A stretch of 64,000 bases of DNA, from positions 320,001 through 384,000 of the forward strand of contig OZ220089.1 in assembly GCA_964291625.2 (NCBI GenBank), read 5' to 3'. A program made the translations under genes and the position numbers. Numbering within the stretch: position 1 is the stretch's first letter; every line of letters starts with the position of its first letter. The notes under the pieces are model-generated. The model was not told the origin of the DNA. It saw only the letters and a list, made by a program, of their open reading frames with translations, and made no database searches. Shown here piece after piece: positions 8,866-18,402 of the stretch. The DNA comes from Candidatus Latescibacterota bacterium (GTDB taxonomy: Bacteria > Latescibacterota > UBA2968 > UBA8231).

Positions 8866-9771
8866 CTACAACCGCACCCGCCCCAGGCCCATGGACTCGG
8901 CGGCTTCCACCACCCGGCGGCGCTCCTCGTCGGTCAGGGGCCGTCCCGGCGGCCTCGGGTCGCCGCACTCGACGCCCAGTCGGTGGGACATGACCGCCTT
9001 GATCGAAGCGAGGTAGCGGTCCCCGCCCAGGGCGAAGACGGCGTGCACCAGCTCGCGGGCGCGGCGCTGTGCGGCCTCGGCCCTCGGGAGGTCGCCCTTG
9101 CGGCAGGCGTCCCGGACCGCCAGCCAGACCGGGGGCGCGATCAGCGGCGGGCCGTCGACGCAGCCCACGGCGCCGATCGACATGGCCGGCAACATGGACA
9201 TGCTGTTGCCGATGAAGCAGCGCAGGCCCATCTCCGCGAAGTCGTGCACCACCGGCTGGTTCCCCGAGGAGTGCTTGAGGCCGGCGAGCTGCGGCACCTC
9301 GTCCCGGATCCTGCGCGCCAGGTCGACGGTGATCTCCACTCCCGTCATGCCCGGCAGGTTGTAGAGGAAGAGGGGCAGCCCCGCGGCGGCGCCCACGGCC
9401 CGGTAGTGCTCGACGATCTCGTCCTCGGAGCGGGAGTAGAACAAGGGAGGCACGCAACAGATGGCGTCGGCGCCGGCCCGGGCGGCGTGCTCGGCGAGGC
9501 GGACGGAGCGGCGGGTGGTGGGCGTGCCCACGTGCATGATGCTCGCCGCGCGCCCGGAGGTGCAGGCCGCGGCGAGGGTGGCGACGCGCATGTTCTCCTC
9601 GTCGTCGAGGAGCACGCTCTCGCCGGTTCCGCCAGCCAGCCAGAATCCCTGCACGCCCGCCTGCAGGTTGAACTCCAGCACCTTCTCCAGGGCTCTCTCG
9701 TCGAGCCGGCCTTCCCCGTCCATCGGCGTGATCGCCGCCGGAAAGAGCCCTTCGAATCGGTCCAGATCCAT
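8866..9771 (-). CDS. Dihydrodipicolinate synthase/N-acetylneuraminate lyase family aldolase
   Basis: GLFPAAITP, GGTGES, YNLPGMTG, and the Schiff-base Lys in GLKHSSG. Substrate not assignable. Confidence 0.88.
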   Translation of the reverse strand: MDLDRFEGLFPAAITPMDGEGRLDERALEKVLEFNLQAGVQGFWLAGGTGESVLLDDEENMRVATLAAACTSGRAASIMHVGTPTTRRSVRLAEHAARAGADAICCVPPLFYSRSEDEIVEHYRAVGAAAGLPLFLYNLPGMTGVEITVDLARRIRDEVPQLAGLKHSSGNQPVVHDFAEMGLRCFIGNSMSMLPAMSIGAVGCVDGPPLIAPPVWLAVRDACRKGDLPRAEAAQRRARELVHAVFALGGDRYLASIKAVMSHRLGVECGDPRPPGRPLTDEERRRVVEAAESMGLGRVRL

Positions 9772-9914
9772 CCCTGATCTCCTTCGCGGTGCCTGCCCTT
9801 GTCGCCGAAGCGGCGCAATCTCGATCTTGCCCCCGTCCGGGGCAAGGACCGGCGCCGCCGGGCGGCCGGAGGCCCTGCCCGCCATCACCCGATCCAGGGA
9901 TCGCCAGCGGCCCC

Positions 9915-10856
9915 ATGGAGCTGCACCGCCCCTCCGGAAGCGCCCTCCTCGGCCTGGCCCTCGGCCTGTTCACCGCCTGGATGTGGGGCACCCTCCCGGT
10001 GGCGCTGAAGATCCTGCTGCACCACGTCGACGTGGTGACCCTGACCTGGTTCCGCTTCCTCACGGCGGGCCTCCTGCTGCTGCCCCTGGCCCTGCCGAGG
10101 GTGCTCGGAGGCGCCGCCGGTCTGCGCGGCCTCCCCCTCGCCCTGCTGATCCTGACGGTGGCCGGACTCACCGGCAACCACCTCGCCTTCCAGAAGGGGC
10201 TGGAGTCGATCTCGCCCGCTACCGCCCAGATCGTCATCCAGCTGGCGCCGGTCTTCATGCTCCTTGGCGGCATGCTGTGCTTCGGCGAGCGCTTCCGGCG
10301 GCTGCAGTGGCTCGGCGTGGCCGTCCTCCTCGCCGGTCTCGGCCTGTTCTTCAGCCCCCGCTTCGACGCCCTCCTGGCCGACGCGGACGGCCAGGGCACG
10401 GGGGTGCTGCTCATCGCCGCCGCGGCCCTGCTGTGGGGGTTCTACATGATGGGGCAGAAGCAGTTGCTCCTGTTCATGCGCTCCGACGCCGTGCTCCTGC
10501 TGGTCTACCTGGCCGGCGCGCTCCTGCTGACCCCCGCCGCCGTCCCTTCGGCGGTGCTGGCCCTCGAAGGACCGATGCTCGTCCTGCTGCTTGGCACCGG
10601 GGTGATGGCGGTCCTCTCCTACCTCGGCTTCGCCGCCGCCCTGGCCCGCGTCGAGGCCTCCCGGATCGGCATGCTCATCGCCCTCACGCCGCTCTTCGTC
10701 CTGGCCAACGTGCACCTCGTCTCCAGGGCGAGACCCGACCTGCTGGAGCCGGAGAGCGTCGGAGCGGTGAGCCTCTGCGGAGCCGCGGTGGTCGTCCTCG
10801 GGTCGATGCTGAGCGTCCTCGGAAACGCCCAGGACGAGCGCCCGGCGGCGGCCTGA
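9915..10856 (+). CDS. DMT/EamA family transporter
   Basis: About 10 hydrophobic helices in two repeats; WGTLPVALK, LTWFRF, QLAPVF, GER. Confidence 0.88.
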   Translation: MELHRPSGSALLGLALGLFTAWMWGTLPVALKILLHHVDVVTLTWFRFLTAGLLLLPLALPRVLGGAAGLRGLPLALLILTVAGLTGNHLAFQKGLESISPATAQIVIQLAPVFMLLGGMLCFGERFRRLQWLGVAVLLAGLGLFFSPRFDALLADADGQGTGVLLIAAAALLWGFYMMGQKQLLLFMRSDAVLLLVYLAGALLLTPAAVPSAVLALEGPMLVLLLGTGVMAVLSYLGFAAALARVEASRIGMLIALTPLFVLANVHLVSRARPDLLEPESVGAVSLCGAAVVVLGSMLSVLGNAQDERPAAA

Positions 10857-10926
10857 GCGAGCCCCGGGCCCGTTGTGAGCCACCCGGCGAAGCCGTACGG
10901 TTAACGATCGGAGCGAGGAACCCGCC

Positions 10927-12030
10927 TTGAACGAAGACAGACCCGTACGCGTCGCCGTCGTGGGCGGCGCCGGCACCTGGGGCCGCTTCTACCTGCGCGC
11001 CTACGCCGCCCATCCCGGCTGCGAGGTGATCGCCCTCGTCGACCGCGCCAGGGACCGCCGCCAGGCCTTCGCCGACCGCTACGGCGTACCGGCCACCTTC
11101 GACGACCTGGAGGAACTGCTGCGCCGCGAGGTGCCGGAGGTGGTTTCCGCCATCCTGCCCGTGGCCCAGTCCCACCCCGCGGTGCTGGCCTGCGCCGAGG
11201 CCGGGGTGAGGGTGGTGTCGATCGAGAAACCGATCGCCGCGCAGCTCTCCAAGGCGGACGAGATGATCCGCGTCTGCCGCGAGCGCGGCACGGCCCTTGG
11301 CTGCGGCACCAGCCACTGGCAGCTGCCGTACCAGGGAGAGGTGGCCGACTGGGTGCGCCGGGGCCGCATCGGCGCCCTCACGGGCGCGGCGATTCCCGGC
11401 GGCCTGCCCACGGAGGTCTCCGGGGGCGGCTGCGCCAACCTGATCGTCCTGGGGCACGTGACGGGGAGGAAGGTGGAGTGGGCCGAGGGCTGGACCCTGC
11501 CGCCGGTGGGCTCCTACGCCTCCCCCGAGGCGGAGGCCCCCCACGAGGTCGACTGCCCGGCCTACGGCAGGCTGGGGCTGTCGGGGGGCATCGTCTGCGA
11601 GATCGCCGAGCCCGAACCGGACCGGCCCGTGGCCTGCACGGTCTCGGTCACCGGCGAGGAGGGGCGCGCCTTCCTCGCCTCGCCGCGGCCCGTGCTCCTC
11701 CAGGGCACCGGCGCCAGGGAGTCTCCGGTCTTCCCGGACTTCCTCGACGGCGGTCCCCGGAAAGACGCCTTCACCCTCGTCATCGAGCGCCTGCTGAGGG
11801 CCGCCAGGGAGGGCGGCGAGGTCGCCTGCAGCGGCCGGGACTATCTCCACGTGCTGGAGGTCGCCCTGGCCATGACCCTGTCGGCGGCCCGGGATCACGA
11901 GCGCGTCCACCTGCCCCTGGAGGACCGTTCCCTGCGCCTCTTTCCCCATCCCTACCGCATGTACGGCGGCGACGTGGCCGGCTGGAGGAGCATCGGCTAC
12001 CAGGGGCCGCCCGGTCTTCCGGAAGCCTAG
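10927..12030 (+). CDS. Gfo/Idh/MocA family oxidoreductase
   Basis: N-terminal Rossmann motif VAVVGGAGTWG; EKPIA motif. Confidence 0.88.
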   Translation: MNEDRPVRVAVVGGAGTWGRFYLRAYAAHPGCEVIALVDRARDRRQAFADRYGVPATFDDLEELLRREVPEVVSAILPVAQSHPAVLACAEAGVRVVSIEKPIAAQLSKADEMIRVCRERGTALGCGTSHWQLPYQGEVADWVRRGRIGALTGAAIPGGLPTEVSGGGCANLIVLGHVTGRKVEWAEGWTLPPVGSYASPEAEAPHEVDCPAYGRLGLSGGIVCEIAEPEPDRPVACTVSVTGEEGRAFLASPRPVLLQGTGARESPVFPDFLDGGPRKDAFTLVIERLLRAAREGGEVACSGRDYLHVLEVALAMTLSAARDHERVHLPLEDRSLRLFPHPYRMYGGDVAGWRSIGYQGPPGLPEA

Positions 12031-12042
12031 GGCGAGCCCCCG

Positions 12043-12849
12043 ATGAGCGAGCTGAGTTCCCTCCTGCAGGACTCGGCCCGGCACCTCGCCCAGACCGGGC
12101 CCCGCCTGGCGGGGGCCCTGGCCCTGGCGGTCCTCGGCCTGCTGCTGGCCTTCCTGGTCCGCCTCCTGGCCCGCCGCCTGATCGCCGGGCTGGTCCGCCT
12201 CGTCCCTTCCCTGGGGCCGCGCCCCGGAAGCGGGGCCGACTACCGGGAGCGCGCCGGCCTGGCGGCCGGCCGGATCCTGTTCTGGACGGTCCTGCTCCTC
12301 TTCCTCACCGCCGCCACCGAGACCCTGGGGCTGCCGGTGCTCTCGGTCTGGCTCGGCGGCCTGGTCACGTACCTGCCGCGGTTTCTCGCCGCCGTGCTGA
12401 TCCTCTTCGCCGGTCTCCTGGGGAGCCACTTCCTGCGGGACCTCATCCTCTCCGGGGCCGCCTCCGGGGGGATCGCCTACGGGCCCGCCCTCGCCCGTCT
12501 CGGCCAGATGTCGGTGCTGGTCGTGAGCGTCCTCGTCGCCGTCGACCAGGCGGGCCTGAACGTCTCCTTCCTCACCAGCATCCTCCTCCTGGTGCTCGGG
12601 AGCGGCCTCCTGGGGGCGGTCCTGACCTTCGCCCTCGGGGCCCGCACGGCGGTGGCCAGCATCCTGGCCTGCCACTACCTGCAGAAGACCTACAAGGTGG
12701 GCCACCGCGTGCGCGTCGCCGGGTTCCAGGGCGAGATCGTCGAGATCACGACGACCTCGGTGGTGCTGGAGACGGAGGAGGGCACGGTATCGGTGCCGGC
12801 TTCGGTCTTTGCCGAGGAGGCCTCGGTCCGGCTCGTCGAGAGGGGCTGA
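12043..12849 (+). CDS. Small-conductance mechanosensitive channel (MscS-like, TM-helix type)
   Basis: YLPRFLAAVLIL, FALGAR, YKVGHRVRVAGFQGEIVEITTTSVVL. Confidence 0.8.
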   Translation: MSELSSLLQDSARHLAQTGPRLAGALALAVLGLLLAFLVRLLARRLIAGLVRLVPSLGPRPGSGADYRERAGLAAGRILFWTVLLLFLTAATETLGLPVLSVWLGGLVTYLPRFLAAVLILFAGLLGSHFLRDLILSGAASGGIAYGPALARLGQMSVLVVSVLVAVDQAGLNVSFLTSILLLVLGSGLLGAVLTFALGARTAVASILACHYLQKTYKVGHRVRVAGFQGEIVEITTTSVVLETEEGTVSVPASVFAEEASVRLVERG

Positions 12850-12853
12850 GGCG

Positions 12854-13690
12854 GTGGAGCGAGCCCCGGCCCTGATCGACCGCTTCATCCGCGGCCACCC
12901 CCCCGAGGCCGCCCGCGTCCTGGAGAACCTCCCCCTCGACGAACAGGCCTCCTTCTGCGGCCGCATCCCCCCCGACCTGGCGGCGGCCCTCTTCGAAACC
13001 ATGGAGGCCGGCGCCGCCGCCGGCTGCCTGCAGCGCATGCAGGCGCGCCGCGCCGCCGAGGCCCTGTCGCGGGTCCCCCTGGAGAGGGCCGCCCTGCTCT
13101 TGCGGCGCTTCCGCCCGGAGGAGCGCCAGGGCGTGCTGGGGCTCCTCCCCCCCGATCCCGGCAGGCACCTCGCCCTCCTGCTCAGCTGCCGCCAGGACTC
13201 GGCCGGGGCCCTGATGGACCCGCGGGTGCTCACCCTGCCGCCGGAGGTGACCGCCGCCGAGGCCCGGGGCCGCATGGACGCCCGGCCCGAGCAGGCCTCG
13301 GACTGCTTCTACGTGGTGGAGCGCGATCAGACCCTGGCCGGCGTCCTCGGCCTGAGAGAGCTGCTGTCGGCGCCGCCCGAGACCCCCGTCTCCGCCCTCA
13401 TGCGGCGGCAGCTGGAGTGCCTGCGGATGGACGACTCCCTGGCCTCGGTGCGGGTCCATCCCGGCTGGCTGGAGCTCCACGTCCTGCCCGTCCTCGACGG
13501 CCGCGGACGGTTCGCCGGGGCCCTGCGCCACCGGACCCTGCGGCGCCTCGGGGAGGCGGACCGGCCGCCCCCGCCCGACCCCGTGGGCGCCGCCCTGGGC
13601 GAGCTCTACCGCATCGGTCTGTCGGCCCTGGTGAAGGGCGCCGTGGGGGAGGAGGGCACGGCGCCGCCCTCGGGCGATCGGGATCGATGA
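12854..13690 (+). CDS. MgtE intracellular N-domain + CBS pair protein without a membrane domain
   Basis: HPPEAARVLE helical N-domain; DSAGALMDPRV; FYVVERDQTLAGVLGLRELL; LPVLDGRGRFAG. Confidence 0.8.
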   Translation: MERAPALIDRFIRGHPPEAARVLENLPLDEQASFCGRIPPDLAAALFETMEAGAAAGCLQRMQARRAAEALSRVPLERAALLLRRFRPEERQGVLGLLPPDPGRHLALLLSCRQDSAGALMDPRVLTLPPEVTAAEARGRMDARPEQASDCFYVVERDQTLAGVLGLRELLSAPPETPVSALMRRQLECLRMDDSLASVRVHPGWLELHVLPVLDGRGRFAGALRHRTLRRLGEADRPPPPDPVGAALGELYRIGLSALVKGAVGEEGTAPPSGDRDR

Positions 13691-13700
13691 GAGGAGCGGG

Positions 13701-16121
13701 GTGAGCGGCCGCCGTCCCTTCCCCACGGTATGGCTCCTGGCCGGCCTGGGGGCCCTGTCCTTCTTCATCCAGTACTCGACGATGGAGAAGTTCGCCGTCT
13801 TCGCGCCGGGCTCCAGCCACATCCGTGCGGGCACCTTTCTCGAGGCCGTCGACCAGCAGATCACCTTCTCCGTCCTCGACGGCGTGCTCGCCGGTCTCTT
13901 CCTCCTGTCGGCAGCCGCGCTCCTCTACGGGGAGGCACGCCGGCGCGCCCTCACCGGCTTCCTGCAGGACTGCTTCGCCAGTCCACGCCGGACCTTCTGG
14001 CTGCTCATCGCTTCCCTCCTGGTCTGCGGCCGCTTCTACCTCGCTCGCGGCGAGCTGAGCTGGGGCGGCGACGCCTCACACCACATCGCCCACTCCTGGC
14101 TCGCCGCCCGGGCCATCGCCGACGGCCAGGTGCCGGTCTGGACGTTCTTCATCGGCACCGGCTCCCCCGTCTTCCAGACCTACGGCTTCGCCTTCTTCTA
14201 CGTCGCGGGGCTCGTGGACCGGGTCCTCGGGGATCTCTCCCTGACCTTGAAGCTGGTCATGTTCGCCGCCCACCTGCTCTCCGGTCTCGGCATGTACCAC
14301 CTGGCCGCCGGCCTCGGCCGCTCCCGCGCCGCCGGGTTCATCGCCGGGCTGGGATACGCCCTCTGCTTCTGGCACACCCAGCACGTGCTCCTCATGGGCC
14401 GCCTGCCCCTGTCCCTGCTCTACGCGGTCCTGCCCTGGGCCTTCTATTGGATCGAGGAGGTCGTCGATTCCCCGCGCAGGATGCGGGCGGCCCTGCTCGG
14501 CGGGGCGAGCCTGGCCCTGCTCGCCCTCACCCACCCCGGGTACGGCGCCTTCGCCATGGCCCTGGCTGGCTGCTACGCCCTGGTGCGCATGTGGTCCTGC
14601 CGCGGCCGTTCCGACCGTGGGGCGATCCTCGGCGGCGGCCTCCTGCTCTTCGGCCTCGGCATCGCCCTCGGGGCCTACATGAACGTGGGCCTCTACTTCG
14701 AGCGCGCCTACACGGGGATGCACGACTTCGCCATGGACCTGTCGAGCGTCTCCGACCCCACCTGGCAGCACCTGCTGGGCTGGTCGAACATGCGCTTCTG
14801 GCTGATCCCCCCGGACCCGTATCACTGGTACGGCGGTTACCTGGGGATCTCCCTGTGCGCCCTGGCCCTGGCCGGAGGGGTGGTCCTGCTGCGCCGGCGG
14901 GACAGCCGTTTCGCCGCCTGCTGGGTCTGCCTGGTCCTCAGCCTGGTGGTGGTCGCCGCCTACCGTCTGCCGCCGATCAGCTCGCTGCCCCTGGTCCACT
15001 CCTTCAACGCATCGCGCTACCTGCTCTTCCTCTCCTTCTTCCTGGCCCTGGCGGCGGGCCTCGGAGCCCACCTGCTCCTCGAGCGGGTTCCCGCGGCCAC
15101 CCGGCGCGGCCGATGGTGCACGGTCCTGCTCCTGGCGATCGGCGTCGATCTCTTCCCCGCCACCTTCCAGCAGCCCTACCTCGGCAGCGGCTACCTGCCC
15201 ACGGGATGGAACGCCGACACCTTCGCCGAGCCGGCCAAGGCCGCCGGTGCCTTCGAGGAGCGGGGAGAGCTGCCCGCCTACCGGGCCCACTGGATCGCCG
15301 AGGGCGTCTACCCCTACAAGCGGCGGGCGAGCATGCTCCGCGAGGGGGCGACGCCGATTGCGGAGTCCTTCCATCCCGGGGAGCTGCGCACCCTCGGCAC
15401 CTTCACCGCGCCCTTCACCGACTGGGCCATACAGGTCCTGCCGAAGATGGACTCGCTCCAGCCGCTGGGGGACCACCCGGGCGGCGAGGTCCTGATGGAC
15501 GGACTCCGCCTGCTCGACACGCGCTTTGTCCTGGCCACCTCCAACGCCCGCCGGACCGGATTCTCTTTCTCCATGGAACACACCCCCCTGGTCGTCTCCG
15601 CGCGCCTCGCCGGCTTCGACGAGGGAGCCGTGGACCACGCCGGCCTGGCCGCGCGCTTCGGCGGGGACCTGGACCAACGGGAGGCGCGGATGCTGTGGAT
15701 CATCCTGGGGACGGGGCTCCACCCGGGGAGCGGCTTCTCCTGCGAGCGCATCCTCGTCCGCGGCCTGGAGGGCGATCGCGATCTGGGGACGACGCCCACG
15801 GCGCGGGTCCTCGCCCACCGGGTCGACCACCAGGAGGTGGAGATGAGGGTGGCGGTCTCGGCCAGGTGCTTCGGGCGCCTGGCCTACGGGTACTGGCCCT
15901 GGCTCGAGGTCACGGTCGACGGAGTGCCGGTGCGGCCCATGGAGACGGCCGGACGCTTCCTGGCCGTCCCGCTGGAGGCCGGCGAGCACGTGATCGCCAT
16001 CCGGGCGCGCCTGTCCCCACTGAGGAAGGGGCTGCTGTCGCTGGCGGGGGTCTGCCTCGCGGGCGCCCTGGTCCTGGTCATCCGTGAACGCCGAAGCGGC
16101 AAAGGAGAGGTGAACCCATGA
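13701..16121 (+). CDS. Polytopic membrane protein, YfhO/PTPS-related (GT-C-like) family
   Basis: GGDASHH...PVW...GTGSPVFQTYG loop; more than 12 TM segments; C-terminal YWPWLEVTVDG...FLAVPLEAGEHVI followed by a final TM helix. Confidence 0.72.
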   Translation: MSGRRPFPTVWLLAGLGALSFFIQYSTMEKFAVFAPGSSHIRAGTFLEAVDQQITFSVLDGVLAGLFLLSAAALLYGEARRRALTGFLQDCFASPRRTFWLLIASLLVCGRFYLARGELSWGGDASHHIAHSWLAARAIADGQVPVWTFFIGTGSPVFQTYGFAFFYVAGLVDRVLGDLSLTLKLVMFAAHLLSGLGMYHLAAGLGRSRAAGFIAGLGYALCFWHTQHVLLMGRLPLSLLYAVLPWAFYWIEEVVDSPRRMRAALLGGASLALLALTHPGYGAFAMALAGCYALVRMWSCRGRSDRGAILGGGLLLFGLGIALGAYMNVGLYFERAYTGMHDFAMDLSSVSDPTWQHLLGWSNMRFWLIPPDPYHWYGGYLGISLCALALAGGVVLLRRRDSRFAACWVCLVLSLVVVAAYRLPPISSLPLVHSFNASRYLLFLSFFLALAAGLGAHLLLERVPAATRRGRWCTVLLLAIGVDLFPATFQQPYLGSGYLPTGWNADTFAEPAKAAGAFEERGELPAYRAHWIAEGVYPYKRRASMLREGATPIAESFHPGELRTLGTFTAPFTDWAIQVLPKMDSLQPLGDHPGGEVLMDGLRLLDTRFVLATSNARRTGFSFSMEHTPLVVSARLAGFDEGAVDHAGLAARFGGDLDQREARMLWIILGTGLHPGSGFSCERILVRGLEGDRDLGTTPTARVLAHRVDHQEVEMRVAVSARCFGRLAYGYWPWLEVTVDGVPVRPMETAGRFLAVPLEAGEHVIAIRARLSPLRKGLLSLAGVCLAGALVLVIRERRSGKGEVNP

Positions 16122-17434
16122 ACGACGGCTCCATGGCCTCACGGGCCCTGATCCAGGCCTTCTTCCACCTCCACCCCGCGGAGGCCGCCCGGGCCCTCGG
16201 GACCGCGCCCGTGCCCGAAGCCCTGGTCCAGCTCGACGCCGGGGGCGACCCCGCGGCGGCCCGGGTCTTCGAGCGCCTCGACCCGGACCGGGCCGTCCAG
16301 CTTCTCGAGGGAATGGAGGAGTCCCTGTTCCGGCGGCTGTGGACGGCCATGGACCCCGGCGTCGCCGCCGCGCTGCTGGCCCGGCTCGACCCGGGGGCCC
16401 GGCCCTCGCGCCTGGCCGCCCTGCCCCGCGAGCTGGCCGCCGAGATGGAGGAGCTCATGCGCTATCCGGCGGGATCGGCGGGGCGGCTCATGGACACGGC
16501 GGTGACCGTCTTCCGCGCCGACGAGACCGCCGGCGAGGCCCTCGGCCGGATCCGCTCCTTCCCCGGGCGGCGCGTCCACGACCTGTGCGTGGTCGACGGC
16601 GAGGGGCAGCTCACCGCCGTGCTGCCCCTGCAGGAGGTGGCCGTGGCCCAGCCCGGGGAGAGCCTGGGCGGACTCGCCCGGAGACCGCCGGTCTGCGTGC
16701 AGGCCATGTCCTCCCGCGAGGAGGTGGTGGAGCTCCTCGAAGCCCACAGACTCTCCTCCCTGCCCGTGGTCAGCTTCGAAGGCCGGGTGCGGGGCATCAT
16801 CCTCCACGACGCCCTGGTGGAGGCGGCCCAGCAGGACGCCACGGAAGACCTGCAGACCATGGTCGGCGCCGGCCGCGAGGAGCGCGCCCTGTCGCCGCCG
16901 GGGCTGGCCGTCCGCCAGCGGCTCCCCTGGCTGCAGGTCAACCTGGCCACGGCCTTCCTGGCCGCCGGGGTGGTGGCCCTCTTCGAGGACACCATCGCCC
17001 GGTTCACGGCCCTGGCCGTCTTCCTGCCGGTGGTGGCCGGCCAGTCGGGCAACACCGGCGCCCAGGCCCTGGCCGTGGCCATGCGCGGGCTGGCCCTGCG
17101 CGAGTTCCGGCCGCGCAACTGGTTCCGAGTCGCCCGCAAGGAGCTGGTGGCGGGGCTGATCAACGGGCTGGCCGTGGCCCTGGTCACGGCCCTGGCGGCC
17201 TACCTCTGGTCCGGCGGGATCGGGCTGCCCCTGGTGATCGCCACCGCCATGGTCTTCTCCATGGCCATGGCCGGGCTGACCGGGGCCCTCATCCCCGTGG
17301 TCCTCACGGTCCTCGGCAAGGACCCGGCCCAGTCGGCCTCCATCGTCCTGACCACGGTGACCGACGTCCTCGGTTTCCTCAGCTTCCTGGGGCTGGCCGC
17401 CCTGGCGGCCTCGAGCCTGGGGCTGGCTCTCTAG
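16118..17434 (+). CDS. mgtE: Magnesium transporter MgtE
   Basis: YPAGSAGRLM, CBS pair, RLPWLQVNL, PVVAGQSGNTGAQ, DPAQSASIVLTTVTDVLGF. Confidence 0.92.
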   Translation: MNDGSMASRALIQAFFHLHPAEAARALGTAPVPEALVQLDAGGDPAAARVFERLDPDRAVQLLEGMEESLFRRLWTAMDPGVAAALLARLDPGARPSRLAALPRELAAEMEELMRYPAGSAGRLMDTAVTVFRADETAGEALGRIRSFPGRRVHDLCVVDGEGQLTAVLPLQEVAVAQPGESLGGLARRPPVCVQAMSSREEVVELLEAHRLSSLPVVSFEGRVRGIILHDALVEAAQQDATEDLQTMVGAGREERALSPPGLAVRQRLPWLQVNLATAFLAAGVVALFEDTIARFTALAVFLPVVAGQSGNTGAQALAVAMRGLALREFRPRNWFRVARKELVAGLINGLAVALVTALAAYLWSGGIGLPLVIATAMVFSMAMAGLTGALIPVVLTVLGKDPAQSASIVLTTVTDVLGFLSFLGLAALAASSLGLAL

Positions 17435-18402
17435 GGGGCCTTCCCCGCAGCGGCCGAGACCCTCTCGTGGCAGAGTTGGGCGATCTCGGCGCCGATGATG
17501 AAGAGCACGGCCGCGAGGTAGAGCCACAGGGCCAGGGCCACCGAGAGGACGTAGGCCCCGTAGAGGTACAGGATGGAAGCGAAGTGGCCCAGGTAGTAGC
17601 CGAAGAGCCACTCGGCCAGCTTCCAGAGCAGGGCCCCCCAGAAGGCGCCCGTGGCCAGCGCCCTCATCCGCGGTCTCCGGGTGGGAACGAGCCAGTAGAG
17701 TCCGAGGAAGACGGCGAGGATGAGGGCCGCGGAGGCCAGGTCGTAGAAGTGGGTCAGGTGCGAATGGAGCGGACCCAGGGCCAGCTCGAGGACCGCGGCC
17801 AGGATCGGCAGCGACAGGACCAGGAGCAGGAACGTGCACAGGACCAGGAGCACCAGGGCCAGATCCTTCAGCCTGCCCGCCGCGGCCGGCAGGGCCGCGC
17901 GCAGGAAGCTCATCTGCTTCTGCGAGGCGGCCAGTTCCCTGAAGCGGCTCAGGGGAGCGGGCCATTGCCGCAGGGCCCTCGCCATCATCCCCGGCTCTTG
18001 GCCGGCGGCCTGGAAGACGGTGTCGAGGATGGTCCTCATGCTGGTGAAGAGTCCGCTGACGCTGAGCATCAGGATCACCAGGCCGGAGACCCTGTAGGCC
18101 TCCTTGAACTCGACCACGTCGGGGATGCGGGAGGAGAGGGCCTCCTTGAGGAACGCGGCCTCCTCCTCGTAAGGGATGAAGACCTCCACCGTCTGGTTCA
18201 GCAGCCACGCCAGGGAGGCCGTCTCCAGCACCGCGCCGAGGACGAAGAAGACGAGGAAGACGAGGGGGACGAGGCTCAGGAGGGTGGCGAAGGCGAGGCC
18301 GCCTGCGAAAAGGAAGAGGTGGTTCTCGCTCATGCGGAGGGCGAGCCCGCCCAGGTACCAGGACAGGATCCCCTGCCCGGCTCCGGGGTCCCGGCCCGTC
18401 AT
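17431..18402 (-). CDS. YihY/BrkB family membrane protein
   Basis: AGGLAFATLLSLVP, LYWLVP, YLYGAY...LWLYL...GAEI. Confidence 0.85.
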   Translation of the reverse strand: MTGRDPGAGQGILSWYLGGLALRMSENHLFLFAGGLAFATLLSLVPLVFLVFFVLGAVLETASLAWLLNQTVEVFIPYEEEAAFLKEALSSRIPDVVEFKEAYRVSGLVILMLSVSGLFTSMRTILDTVFQAAGQEPGMMARALRQWPAPLSRFRELAASQKQMSFLRAALPAAAGRLKDLALVLLVLCTFLLLVLSLPILAAVLELALGPLHSHLTHFYDLASAALILAVFLGLYWLVPTRRPRMRALATGAFWGALLWKLAEWLFGYYLGHFASILYLYGAYVLSVALALWLYLAAVLFIIGAEIAQLCHERVSAAAGKAP

